Shown here piece by piece: positions 1-11,987 of a stretch of 64,000 nucleotides of DNA. Within the stretch, counting starts at the first letter, position 1. Each line of letters opens with the position of its first letter. The notes beneath the pieces are model-generated. The model worked only from the letters and a program-made list of their open reading frames with translations. It was not told where the DNA came from and did not search any database. The position numbers and the translations under genes are program-made. The DNA lies in contig MU006025.1 in assembly GCA_010093745.1 (NCBI GenBank), positions 1-64,000 of the forward strand. Direction: 5' to 3'. Source of the DNA: Piedraia hortae CBS 480.64. Taxonomy: Eukaryota.

Positions 1-59
1 GTCATGTAGGTGCTGCGGCTGACTTGTCAGGTCTTCAATAATAATTCTGGCAGACAGCG

Positions 60-1081
60 CATGAGCGTACACTTCCACACTGGGCAGCCTGGTCGAACTC
101 CAAAGTGCCTACGCCATTCACTTCCGGTTCATGTACCATTTACGGCTGCCATTGGAGCAATGAAGTCTCAGTTAGTACCAGGCAAAACAGGGTGACGCTC
201 CACGAGTGGCCTTTAACCCCAGCCGTTTCACGCAAGTAAAGGAACGGTCAATCCCATACAGGCTTTGATCCTAATTGGGACGCGCATTAAGCCCGACACA
301 TGCTTCGCCATTTCTCGATCTGCTGGGTCGGGCTCGCCAATCAAAGAGCCCCCTCAAGCGCACGCCTTCCCCGGCTCGGGCTGGCCGGGTTAGCTTTAGA
401 AGCGTGCCCCGTTACAAGCTGAGCGAGAGTAAGGGACCACCGGTAGACCAACTACTCTTTGCAAGGCATCCAGCGACGACTTTCCCTTCCAGCAAAATAC
501 TGAAGAGAGATACCCATAGCACGATTGGGGGCATACGCCAATCCATTCAGGCTTTGATCCTGACTGAGATGCTGTCAGAAGTCTGCTGCTTGCGGAAGGG
601 TTGTTGAGACCGGATCCGTCTCCGAATAAAGGAGATGATGATATGAAAGAATTTGAGGACAAAGCCTCTCGTGTATTTAGTCAGAAGGGTTTCCTCCCAG
701 AGCATCATTTATCTAGAGATATTCACTTTGCTCTCTACTGAGATATGAGTTCTTCCTTCCGCCTCTGACAGATGCGGACTTCCTTGTACGGAAAGGGAAT
801 CAAAGAAAACAGTTTTCCTCACCACGCTTTTCAGGCACGAGCTGGCCGGACCAACTTCCAAAGCATGTTTGCCAGCGCGGTAGGCTCAGAAGAATTGGAG
901 TCCAATATACTAGGCGTGCCACCTAGCAGCATAAACGCCTCTCCTCTGCAGTCGAACGCCGTGATAGGGTTTAAGTCTTCGACATGGGGGCTGAGACAGC
1001 CCCTTTCAGCTATCCAACTGATTGGGTGCGCCCGTATAAACCGGCAGAGAACAATCTCTCCGTGGTTGTGGCCAATTTTCA

Positions 1082-1115
<34 letters not shown>

Positions 1116-2290
1116 GGGCCATCGCTCCCATTTGACGATCGGGATCCTGATCCTCTCGAACAAAGAGGAGAGCGGCCAGACGTCCAAGTCGTCTCATTCC
1201 ATTGATGGGTGGGTCGACATGTCCTATTCAAGCTATGATCCTAATTGGGATGCACTTTCTTCAGTCCGACAGGCAATTTTGTCATTTTAATCTGCCGAAT
1301 TGAGTCAAAGTAAACAGCCTCCCTCAAACTACACAATACACATGCTTCGACCCGGACTGGCCGATCCAAATTTCAAAGCGTATCTATTACGGATAATCGG
1401 CTAGCTATAGAGTAGCACATAAATGTGGAAGTCATCCTAAGCAAGAAGAATCAAGGACAACTCCCCTCGGCGAGCCATTGATATGGGTGAGGCCAACGTC
1501 CCGGCTGCCCTGCACGGTCTGGGTGTAGCCAGTCTCATTCAAGCTTCGATCCTGATTGGGATGCTCTTTAAACAGCCACCCGCAACCACACGCTTCCCCG
1601 GCTCGGCTGTCCAAATCAACCCCCACAGCGTGCCTCCTACAGCCACCGTCCATACGCTCCCTCGGCAAGACTATACGGACCAACTCCCAAAGCGTTACAC
1701 CATCACCACCGTTGGAATGCGCGAGAACCAAATATCAACTCAGTATTCGCGCAACCAGGACCCCTCCCCTCCAGCCAACCATAGGAAGGCCACCGTCCTC
1801 GCCTCCAGGCAACATTGGGATCCCAGTCCCATTCCCTAAAAAGGATTGGGATGCGCCCTACCTACCTAGGGCAACCACAAAATCCGAGGTGGAAAGCGTT
1901 CTCACCCGTCAATTGGGGGTCATCGCTTCTTTTCAACACGGAGGGAAGTGGCCGGACCCCGCCGACTTATTAATGTCAAAGCATCCCTTTCAACTGGAAC
2001 AAAAGATGGGGTTTCGAAACATAGATGCCAAATTACGATAATCAAGATCACTGTCTCTTTCGAAACATGGGAGGGGATGGCTGGGCCTTTGTTGGTCCTC
2101 GGGACCGAAAGGAGTTTGGGGGGTGGAAGCGAGGCAGAATTTGGGCATGAGGTTTGATTTGACAATTGGGACGACTCTACGATGCCCTCTTGTGGAGGGC
2201 GTTTGAGGGTAAACGTCCATTTTGCTGTTCTACGGTTCGGGTAGGATGGCTGGTGCCATTTGGCTGTTAGTTGATTGGGATGCGCTCGAT
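60..2290 (+). pseudogene. Decayed repeat-containing coding-like region (unit about 300 bp; recurrent peptide motifs SxFDPxWDA and ARAGRxxFxS), broken by stops and frameshifts
   Basis: Variants of GATCCTAATTGGGA(T/C)GC at about 267, 556, 1237 and 1548, with partial copies at about 1018, 1843 and 2272. A second motif (CACGC..CCCGGCTCGGGCTGGCCGG..TTT..AAGCGT) occurs at about 361, 823, 1341 and 1590. No single ORF spans the region. Confidence 0.45.
1083..1114 (+). repeat. Poly(A) homopolymer, 32 nt
   Basis: Read directly from the sequence. Confidence 0.95.
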
Positions 2291-3906
2291 ATCACGCGCT
2301 AGGTACGTTTCTGGGAGGGGAGTGGAATGGGCATGGGGGGTTTAAGGGTGGGGTTGTGTCCTGTTAGGTGAGTTTTTGTTTTCTTTTGTGGGTCGGGTGG
2401 GTGGTTGGGGTAGAGGTGTTTCTCGGAGATGGGGCGTGATGCGGAGGGGGGTTGTTAGATGGTATCTACTGCTCGGGTTGATGAGAGTTGTGGATTAATG
2501 GGGTTAGTGGAATGGGGTTTAAGTTTCGGAGGATGCGTTGACCGATAGTACTTTTATTAGGTTGTCGCATGTTCGGGTGGTGCCTTTTGACTTTTACCGA
2601 GCAAAGTGTCACAGAAGGGAAAGTGATTGAGGAATTATTTGACATGTCTAACGTTTTTCACTCAGTGAGGATGTAATTCCTACCACGTAGGCAATGCAAT
2701 CCCAGCACTGAAGCGAATTTGTCTAAGAGTGTGCTACTTAAGCATTTCACTTGTTTCCTTTCATACAGTACTGGAGAAGACTGTAGTTAGTCAGAGATTG
2801 GAATCCAAACATCACGTTGACCAATGTATCAAAACCCCGACGTGAAGAATGTCAGTTTGCCCTGGCCCATTCGGCTGGCTGCTTACAAACAACTCAGCTC
2901 GACGAGCCAAGTAAAGTTGACTGTGAAAGGGACCTGAGAATTGTCGATTTTATTCGGAACAGGACCTTCGGGAACAGCTCAGACATAATGATCCAGAGAA
3001 GATCGCATTCGGTGTTAGAAAGGATAGGATGACTATCATTAGTTTTGCCGTGAAAGATATGAGCTTCAATGCACTAATTATCTGGTTGGAATGAAGTCGA
3101 ATCGATTCAGCTGAGCATGTGTTTGGTAGTATGCATATCATCACCAAATGTTTTGGGAAAGTTGAAAGTTCACTTCGGTCAGGGATTTGACAGGCAGTTC
3201 TTGGCACTCTAATAGAGTTCGTACGCTGGCACAGAGTCTGCTAAGCGCTGCTGCATCAACTCATCTTTCTGCAGAGACAGAGCTTAAGGGTTTAAGATGG
3301 AGTACATTGATCATCATATGTCGCGAGACGCCAGACCAATACAAGCGAATCCAGAACAGCTGCTCCGGGCCAGCAGTCTACACCTGATACAGAGTCCCTT
3401 GCCGAGCACGTTTCCCTTCAACCGATGCTCGTGCATTGAGACAGCGAAGCCATGAGGAATTGTGGCTGCATTGGTCATGCCAAGCCACCCGCAAGGAGTA
3501 AAACGGGGTGGTGACTGCGTTGGGCATCGGATCACTTTTCGCAGATGACATGTCGTCTTGAAGGAAGAGCCTTTCAGCTCAGCACGAGGCAATGGCGACG
3601 GCAGTTTTCAGCTTCTGGCGCGGAGGCTCATGAGGATGGTTCCTGCCTCAGGCATGCATATCCGAAAGCGGTAAGCGTTTGCCCCCGCACGTCACTTTAA
3701 ACTGACCGACTTTGCTCACACGGCGCCCAACCACGTCCGCATATTGAGCTCCCTGTCAAACACAGCTTAGGCAGGGCGTGTAATCCAGCAGTGCGCTGGA
3801 GACAAGTTGTGTGCGCAGTTTTATCTAAAGGGGGAGAGGCCGAGTCCGCGTGAAAAGGGCTGGGGGCTGCGAAGCTTTGGGAAGATAACAGTCCCCTGGA
3901 AGACCG

Positions 3907-5592
3907 ATGGGGGACTACGGCGATGGCGTTCAGACGCCAATGTGGAAGTTTACACAGTAAGTCTTGCTCTCTTTTTGTTTTGCTTTCTACCTGGCTAGGG
4001 TACACCATGATCAGCCTGTAAATAGCCATGAAGACACTAAATTGGCGTTCCGAGCTTGTCTAGCAGCCCTCTAAGCTCGTCCTCTGCTAAACTGGGTGGA
4101 ATGTTGTATGATTGACTGCTGGACAGATGCTTTGGCGACAAAGGCGATGTCGAAGACATCACAGAGGCCGACATCATCTCAACAGTGGAGTTTGACCAGA
4201 CAGGAAACTATTTGGCAACGGGCGACAAGGGCGGACGCGTAGTGCTGTTTGAGCGAAATGAGAGCAAGAAGACTTGCGAATATAAGTTCCACACTGAATT
4301 CCAATCGCATGAGCCCGAGTTTGACTACCTAAAATCGCTGGAGATTGAGGAAAAGATCAACAAAATCAAGTGGTGCAAGCGGCAAAACGCTAGCCACTAC
4401 TTGCTCAGCACCAACGACAAGACGATCAAGCTATGGAAGGTGTACGAGAAGAGCCTGCGCGTAGTAGCTGAGAACAATCTGCCCATGGAGGTGACCCCTA
4501 ACATGGGCAACGCGAATGGCGGCGCAAGGGTTCCAAACCATCAAATTCGGACGGCGGCCGACCTCCGCATCCCCCGACTGACGTATCACGATTCGGTGGT
4601 GGCGGCGGTGCCGCGACGAGTGTACGCCAATGCCCACGCCTATCACATAAATAGCATTTCAGTGAACAGCGATGGCGAGACCTTCATATCATCGGATGAC
4701 CTGCGGATAAACCTGTGGAATCTTGGCATCCAGGACCAGAGCTTCAACATTGTCGACATCAAGCCGGCCAACATGGAGGAGCTGACTGAGGTCATTACCG
4801 CGGCTGAGTTTCACCCACTAAGCTGCAATTGGTTCATGTACGCGTCTAGCAAGGGTACCATTAAATTGGCAGACATGCGGGAGAGGGCTCTCTGCGACTC
4901 TCACGCCAAGCGTAAGCCGAGAGTAGAACTAGTAGCAGGTTTCAATGTTGACTTTTTACAGAATTCGAGCAAGAAGAAGATCCGGCATCTCGCTCATTCT
5001 TCTCTGAAATCATCTCTAGCATATCCGACGTCCGGTTCAGCCACGACGGTCGGTATATTCTCTCACGAGACTACCTGACGGTCAAGATCTGGGATATCAA
5101 CATGGAGCGGCAGCCGCTTAAGACGATTCCGATCCACGAACATCTCCGGCCACGGTTGTGCGACACGTACGAAAACGACAGCATTTTTGACAAGTTTGAA
5201 GTGGTGTTTTCAGGCGACGGGAAGAATGTCATGACGGGATCTTATAACAACAACTTTATGATTTACCCGTCGGAGCCAGGCAACGACACAGAGGTGGTGT
5301 TGCAGGCGGATAAAAGCGCGTTCAAGGCTAAGAAGGTGGGCATTCCGCAGCCGATGAATCCAGCTGGTGGAGTCAAGGGCAGCCGCGCAAACAGCCCGGC
5401 GGGAGGCGCGCAGAGAATGAGCAAAGAAACCAACGCAGAGAAGTTTGATTTCAACAAGAAGATTCTCCACATGAGCTGGCATCCGAGAGAAGACAGCATT
5501 GCTATTGCGGCTACGAACAATGTGAGTTTTGGGATCTTTGTTGTAAGAGTTGGCTGACTTTTTCCCAGTTGTTTGTGTTCTCGGCACTATAA
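3907..5592 (+). CDS. CDC55: Protein phosphatase 2A 55-kDa regulatory B subunit (WD40); exons about 3907-3956, 4127-4911, 4962-5521, 5569-5592
   Basis: The spliced product reads [73 protein letters not shown]. Canonical GT-AG introns restore the frame. Confidence 0.97.
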
Positions 5593-6301
5593 AGAAGGGT
5601 TAAGGATTGTTTTTCCAGAGGCATTAGTGTGTCATGGGCGCATAGTGGGAGGAGCGGGAGGCTCGTTTTTCCCAATACAAGACAGTACGTAGTGAGAAAA
5701 TGAAGAGACGACGTAAGCTTTATACAATTTATGTAGTACAGGTTCGAGTCTGTGCTGTTTGCAGCCAACGTCGACGACAACGGCGAACGAACAGGGATGC
5801 GGCGATCAGCGGAGAGTTCCGGCGGGGTAAAAAGTTCAAACGCTCTAATGCGGCTGGTGCGCCAACAGGAATGTGGGCGAACCGGGGTGTGGGGGGGGGG
5901 GAGGGGGGGGTGATTATGATATTGCCAGAAACATTATGATAGCTGAAGAACGAGAGCGACTCGGTACATATCAAGAGATCGATTTGCTGTACTACAACGT
6001 AGCCTATAGCTAAAGTACAAAGGCTAAACGAAGCTGACGCCACAGGGACAGCTGCCCATGTGGTGCATCCTGGTAGCCTCTCACCCTGGCATATCCGGGG
6101 GCTCGGGGGTCCCACAGTTAAGACACGGACGCACGGGGAAGCGGCGGGGGAGCTGAGTGGCTCGGCGGCTTTGTGGTGCGAATGGAGATATGGAAGCACA
6201 TGATGCTTGTTTCAAACAGCCCAAAGCGGCCTGGAATGTGAAAGTGCAGGCTCTAGTGCCCTTGGAAGGGGGGCCAGAAGCGGGCTCTGAAACGAAGCCG
6301 C

Positions 6302-7885
6302 GTGCGGAAGAAAGTCTTTGAGCGCTGCAACATGTTTGTGCCGCCGCCCGCCCTGACCGTAGCCGAAGTCGAGAAGCGCAAGCCTGAGCGCAAGGACCGA
6401 ATGGCCGACCGCAAAGACTCGTCGTCCAAGCTAGCTGGGAGGAACATTTTCGGCGTGCGGAAGAAGCAGAAAGCAGCGCAGCCTTCGAACACCATATCTC
6501 CACCTCTGAACTCGGTCTCGCCGCCGCCAGTCGCCGCTCCCCGACCTTCTGTGAACGAACCGCCAAAGAATGACGATGCATTTGTTCCCGTGCCATTTGC
6601 AGAGCAGCCGCGGAGGGCGCCAGTACCACCAGCCCAAAGAACCCATCCAGCTACTAGAGCTGCTCCCCCAGCCTCGAGCGCATTTCCAGCTGCGTCCCGG
6701 ATGGCTTCCCGTGCGCCGCCCAAGCTAATTCATCCTCAGCCAATATCTTTTGAGAGGCCACGGTACAATTTTACCGAAAAGGGCATGAGAGAGGCATTTG
6801 ACCGATTGAGCAAGAGCGATTTATATCCAGAGGAACCGGATGATGGAGTCAGTTCGGGAGGAACCACCCAGTTGAGAGGTAGACCTAGCAGTCTGATGCC
6901 CAATCCGCTATTTGCAGCAAGGATGAATCCGGCTGAAGGGCTCAAGTTTCATCGTCCAGACAGCATTGGAGCTACGCCGCCGCCGCTTGCAGAAGACAAG
7001 GCGGCAACAGAGGTACCGGAAGTCAAGGCACCAGAAGTGAGGCCAGGGAGTAAACGACAGGCGGCTGAAAAGGCATTGCACAAAGTACAGACATCAGGAG
7101 CGACTCTGGTCCCGGCTACACCCACAGACAGTCTATTTACGCCGATAGATGGAGATGTTTCGCCAAGTAGACGCACAGTCAGAAAGGGATCGCGCGCGTC
7201 CGGCAACAAGTCACCTTATTCTGGACGCTCAACGCCGGTAGCGACCTCTATACGGCTCCGCGGTGGCTCCGTGGTGACCGTGGTGCCGCCCGAAGCAACA
7301 GCATGGCAACGCTCCGAATACACACAGGGACCGATAGCAATATTACAGCCTGTCACGTTACCGCGCAAGAACTCGGTTGCGAGTCTCGAAGTCTTCGAAG
7401 ATGCCATCGAGGAGGCGTACCAACAGGCTTCATATGCTGGTCCGCGGAGACCCAGCGACGAGGACGTTGTGGATGATATTTGCGATTGGTTTGATGACTT
7501 TTACACGGGTGGCGCCCCTTCGCAGTACCGTGCAAAGGGGGGGATGATGGTAACGGAACTGCCGGAAGTGGCAGAGGTTGATTCGGCAAACGAAGCCTTG
7601 GAGGATGAAAACTATGTGGAAGCGCAGCAGCTACCCGAGATGAAGCCCGAGATGAAGCCCAAGCCGCTTGCACCCGTGAAGAGAGATGAGAGCAAACAGG
7701 GAGAGTCTCAGCCGTCTGCATTTTTCATGGCAAGACCACAGAGCGGCATAAACTGGGACGCGCTCGCTTTGGATGCGGCTTCAGAGAGCTCGATTGAGCC
7801 GCTGGACGACTATATACCGAGTCCCGAGATGGGGAAGAGTCGCTTCGGTCGCATGGCAGACCGGCTCAGAGGACGAAGACAGTAG
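6302..7885 (+). CDS. Fungal hypothetical Pro/Ser-rich protein; 5' end unresolved (probable upstream exon, possible acceptor near 6256)
   Basis: 527-codon open frame with coding-like composition and the motif RLRGGSVVTV..PE..AW; no recognisable domain. Confidence 0.75.
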   Translation: MRKKVFERCNMFVPPPALTVAEVEKRKPERKDRMADRKDSSSKLAGRNIFGVRKKQKAAQPSNTISPPLNSVSPPPVAAPRPSVNEPPKNDDAFVPVPFAEQPRRAPVPPAQRTHPATRAAPPASSAFPAASRMASRAPPKLIHPQPISFERPRYNFTEKGMREAFDRLSKSDLYPEEPDDGVSSGGTTQLRGRPSSLMPNPLFAARMNPAEGLKFHRPDSIGATPPPLAEDKAATEVPEVKAPEVRPGSKRQAAEKALHKVQTSGATLVPATPTDSLFTPIDGDVSPSRRTVRKGSRASGNKSPYSGRSTPVATSIRLRGGSVVTVVPPEATAWQRSEYTQGPIAILQPVTLPRKNSVASLEVFEDAIEEAYQQASYAGPRRPSDEDVVDDICDWFDDFYTGGAPSQYRAKGGMMVTELPEVAEVDSANEALEDENYVEAQQLPEMKPEMKPKPLAPVKRDESKQGESQPSAFFMARPQSGINWDALALDAASESSIEPLDDYIPSPEMGKSRFGRMADRLRGRRQ

Positions 7886-8098
7886 TCTATAGGAGCATTC
7901 GTAATTGCGTACACAAATAGGGTATACCCAGTCATTTTCAGTCAGTTGTGTATCGGCGACGTCATGTTCAATGTACCTTGGCAACGCTATTCCCAACTTG
8001 CATAGCGGCCGGCGGGGCAACGCCATCCCAACGTGGCTAGCTCTGTTTGGTGCGCGACATCAGTCCGACTTCCACACGCCGCATTCCCAGCACTCAGC

Positions 8099-10610
8099 AT
8101 GGCAGCTCTTGGGCCCGAGTTGCTGAACGTGGTGAACAAGCTGCAAGATTTGGGTAAGCGCGACGGCGACTGTAACAAACCAAACTGACTCGGCCAGTGT
8201 TCAACACAATCGGCAACGATTCGTTAGACTTGCCGCAGATCGTCGTCGTCGGGTCGCAGTCGTCTGGGAAGTCTTCGGTGTTGGAGAATATTGTCGGCCG
8301 TGATTTTCTTCCGCGCGGCAGTGGCATTGTTACGCGCCGACCGTTGATTCTGCAGCTGATCAACGTGCCGGCCGAGGATGGGAAAGCCGACGAACCCGAG
8401 GCCAATGAGCCGCACACGCCGGCGTCAGTGGCCAGGAATGATGAGTTCGCAGAGTTCAACCACAAGCCGAACCAGCGATTCTACGACTTTGACCAGGTGC
8501 GGCGCGAGATCGAAACGGAAACGGCGCGCATCGCCGGCAGCAACAAGGGTATCAATCGCCAGCCGATAAACCTCAAGATTTACAGTCCGCACGTGCTGAG
8601 CTTGACGCTGGTTGATCTGCCGGGTCTGACAAAGGTGCCGATTGGAGATCAGCCGACGGATATCGAGAAGCAGACGCGCACGCTGATTTCCGAGTACATT
8701 GCGAAGCCGAACAGTATCGTTCTGGCTGTGTCGCCCGCCAATGTGGATATTGTCAACTCGGAGGCACTGAAGCTGGCGCGACATGTAGACCCGGCTGGGA
8801 AGCGCACGATTGGCGTGCTGACCAAGGTCGACCTCATGGACCACGGCACCAACGCGCTGGATATCTTGACGGGTCGCGTGTATCCATTGAAGCTAGGCTT
8901 TATTGGCGTTGTGAACCGGTCGCAGCAGGATATACAGGCGAACAAGCCCATGTCTGAAGCGTTGGAGGCGGAGCGCAACTTCTTCAGGATGCATCCGGCC
9001 TACCGCAAGATGGCGGCCCGGTGTGGCACGCAGTTCCTCGCCCGGACACTAAACCAAACGCTCATGTCACACATTCGCGAGCGGCTGCCAGACATCAAGG
9101 CGCGGCTGAACACTCTCATGGGCCAGACGCAGCAAGAACTGGCGTCGTACGGCACCGACGCGTTTACGGGCAAGGAGCATCGCGGGAGTTTGATTCTGCA
9201 GCTGATGACGCGGTTTGCATCGTCTTTTATCTCCTCCATCGACGGCACCTGGTCGGAGATTAGCACGAAGGAACTCTGCGGCGGAGCTCGCATTTACTAC
9301 ATCTTCAATTCCGTCTTTGGCAACTCGCTGGAGACGATCGATCCCACTCATAATCTGTCTGTCCTGGACATTCGGACTGCGATCCGCAACTCTACGGGAC
9401 CAAGGCCATCTCTTTTCGTACCAGAACTGGCCTTTGACCTTCTCGTCAAACCGCAAATCAAACTCTTGGAAGTGCCCAGCCAGCGGTGCGTGGAGCTCGT
9501 CTACGAAGAACTGATCAAAATCTGCCACACGTGCGGCTCCAACGAGCTCTCACGTTATCCCAAGCTCCAAGCAAAACTCATCGAAGTCGTATCCGACCTG
9601 CTACGAGAACGCCTAGGTCCCAGCAGCGCGTACGTCGAAAGTCTCATCTCCATCCAACGCGCCTACATCAACACCAATCACCCCAACTTCCTCGGCGCGG
9701 CGGCCGCCATGAGCTCAGTGATGCAGGACAAGCACGAGCGGGAAAAAGCCGCCGCCGCGGAAGAACGCAACCGCCGAAAAGAAGCGCAGCGGAGGAGAGA
9801 TCTCGCTAACGGCGAAACCATCGACGACGAGGAAACAACCCAGCTTAAACCCAAGCGCGAAGACAAAACCAATGGGCGGAGCATGTCTCCCGCCGTCCAC
9901 GCCATCCGCGGCACAGCAGGTGCTCAAGGCCGCGACTCGTTCCTAAACTACTTCTTCGGCAAAGAAAACGGCGCATTACAGGCCCCTTTACCATCAGCCA
10001 CCAAAATCCCAGCCGAACCCTCGATCGCAGCTAGTTTCCGCCGTCCCGCCGACCCTATAACTCCGCGTCCACCGGAACAGGAACACCACTCCTCCCCCGA
10101 GCCGGAAACCATTCCCCCCACCGACCTCGTAAGTTTACATCCTTCGCCCTAAGGGGATCCCCTCCTTCTCATAGGCTCTCTAACGCATAAAAGGAAGACC
10201 CCACCAACCCTGCCCTTACAGAGCGGGAAGCGCTCGAAACAGAACTCATCCGAAGGCTCATATCTTCATATTTCCACATCGTACGAGAAAGTATCGCCGA
10301 TCAAGTTCCCAAGGCGATTATGCATTTACTTGTTAATCACTCGAAGGATGTGGTGCAGAATAGACTCGTTTCGGAACTGTATAAGGAAGAGTTGTTTGAG
10401 GATTTGTTGCAGGAGGACGATGGGGTTAGGGAAGAGAGAGAGAAGTGTCAGAAGGCGTTGGAGATGTATAAAGAAGCTGGGAGGATTATTGGGGGGGAGG
10501 TGGAGGGGGAAGAAAGGGAAGGAAAATTTTGGGGGGTGGGGCCTTGGGGGGGTGTAGATACGCAAGATATGCAGAGTGTACGTTTAACTTTCGAGTCACC
10601 GTCGAGCTGA
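8099..10610 (+). CDS. DNM1: Dynamin-related GTPase for mitochondrial/peroxisomal fission; introns about 8154-8197 and about 10129-10193
   Basis: Start MAALGPELLNVVNKLQDL; G1 GSQSSGKSS, DLPG and TKVD motifs; middle domain; insert B with DSFLNYFFGK; GED domain (IRRLISSYFHIVRESIADQVPKAIMHLLVN). Confidence 0.96.
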
Positions 10611-10790
10611 ATAAATTCGAAGAGGTTGTCTGCCTACCTACAGTACCAATTGATCTGGTAGAATGCACCCATTGTCCCGTCCTAATACACCCACATCGAT
10701 GAGAGATGAGACATTCAATCCCGTCCGTAGAAGTACTGACGCAATCCCTTAACTCTACATCTGGGTAGAACAACCCCGCTCCAATGATAT

Positions 10791-11373
10791 CTAAGCACAA
10801 ACCTCAAGCACAATCCCCTCACCCTCCCCACAGGTTCTTACCACTCCATTCGCCTCCTTCGTCCCTCCACACCCGGTAACCTGATAGGGAGTAACGGGGG
10901 ATTTATTCACCGAGCTGAGCGTCCAGTATATCGACCCCCCATCGACAGAGGCGCCGAGGATAAGTTTTTCGCCTGTTGGGGACCTACACCATAACATTAG
11001 CTTTTGCTGGGAGGGAGGGAGCGGGCGGATGCATGCTCTTGTCCGTCATCCTTAGGAGATTCTTGGGATTCAAGCAGGATGTCCAAGTTGGAAGCCCCAC
11101 TGATTCATCCTACTTGGCAGCCCACCCGCCCTTGGAGAGCTTTTTGGAGAGAACGTACCAATACGCATCCTGCGTGGTCGTGATGCCAAATGAATTCCCC
11201 AGTCCCGTAAACGGCGTGAGGAACGCCTGTCCGCTCTTCAACTCCCCGGGTACAGCCGTCCCGGACGCGTTAGCGATCGTTACGTAGATGGAGGAGGAGC
11301 AGTGGTTGTTCAGCTGCACCGTCGCTGCCATTGCCATGGCTGGGAGGAGGAGGAGCATCAAAAAATTCATCAT
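10791..11373 (-). CDS. Small secreted Bys1/thaumatin-like protein; intron 10984-11158
   Basis: Signal peptide, N-terminal LNNHCSSSIYV, IYWTLSSVN and C-terminal RTC..IVLEVCA*; the GTACGT..TAG intron joins the two ORFs in frame. Confidence 0.75.
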
Positions 11374-11510
11374 TGTGGTCGAGGGTCTGGGACTGCTGAA
11401 GGATGAGCTTGATAGGACTGCAGGAAAACGACCTCCACGAAGGCCTTTATATTAGCAGAGGGAAGGTCATACTCCCTTGCATCTTCCGGAAATTAAGTAC
11501 TACCTTCCTC

Positions 11511-11925
11511 TCATCCCTCCTGAGTCTGCGGTTTCGCCTTCGCTTTTGTCTGCGTAGATTCTGTATCACTCAGTCTCAGCTTGGGTTGTAAAAGGGATGT
11601 TCAAAAAAACCTACCCCGTCGCGTCGCGTCCTCAAGAAGAGGAATATCCACCGCCGACGCGGGGAGGTGCATATATCGCACCACGCTGCCGCGGATGAAA
11701 ATGTTTTTGACGGAGCTCTGCTCGTCATTAGCGGGAGACAAGATTTGGTAGGGTTGTGTGTACTAAATGGGGATGTTTAAACTCATCGAGGACTTCGATG
11801 TTATCGAGCTTGATGTTGAGGTACTGGTCTACGCTTTTTAGTGTCCCGCGGAGGAGGATGTCGTTTTTCAGCTCGACGGTTACTTGGTGGTTTACGAGCG
11901 TTTTGAAAAAGCTGAAGAAGAGCAT
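11511..11925 (-). CDS. LSM2: U6 snRNA-associated Sm-like protein LSm2 (two introns)
   Basis: MLFFSFFKTLVNHQVTVELKND..GTLKSVDQYLNIKL..HPHL|SSVKNIFIRGSVVRY..LLEDATRR. Confidence 0.95.
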
Positions 11926-11987
11926 TGTTTGTTTCTCAACCACCTGCGTGGGGGGTTTGTGTTCTTTGGGGTGGGTTGGATTTACGG

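Noticed and set aside
267..1565. Short repeats with long unique spacers resembling a CRISPR array
   Set aside because: The context is eukaryotic, spacing is irregular at about 300 bp, repeats are degenerate, spacers are mutually similar and there are no cas genes
2620..2715. Possible box C/D snoRNA (AGTGATTGA ... CTGA)
   Set aside because: The C box is imperfect, there is no terminal stem and I recognise no rRNA-complementary guide
5735..5760. GGTTCGAGTC B-box/T-loop-like sequence
   Set aside because: No canonical T stem, acceptor stem, D arm or anticodon arm can be built, so it is not a tRNA
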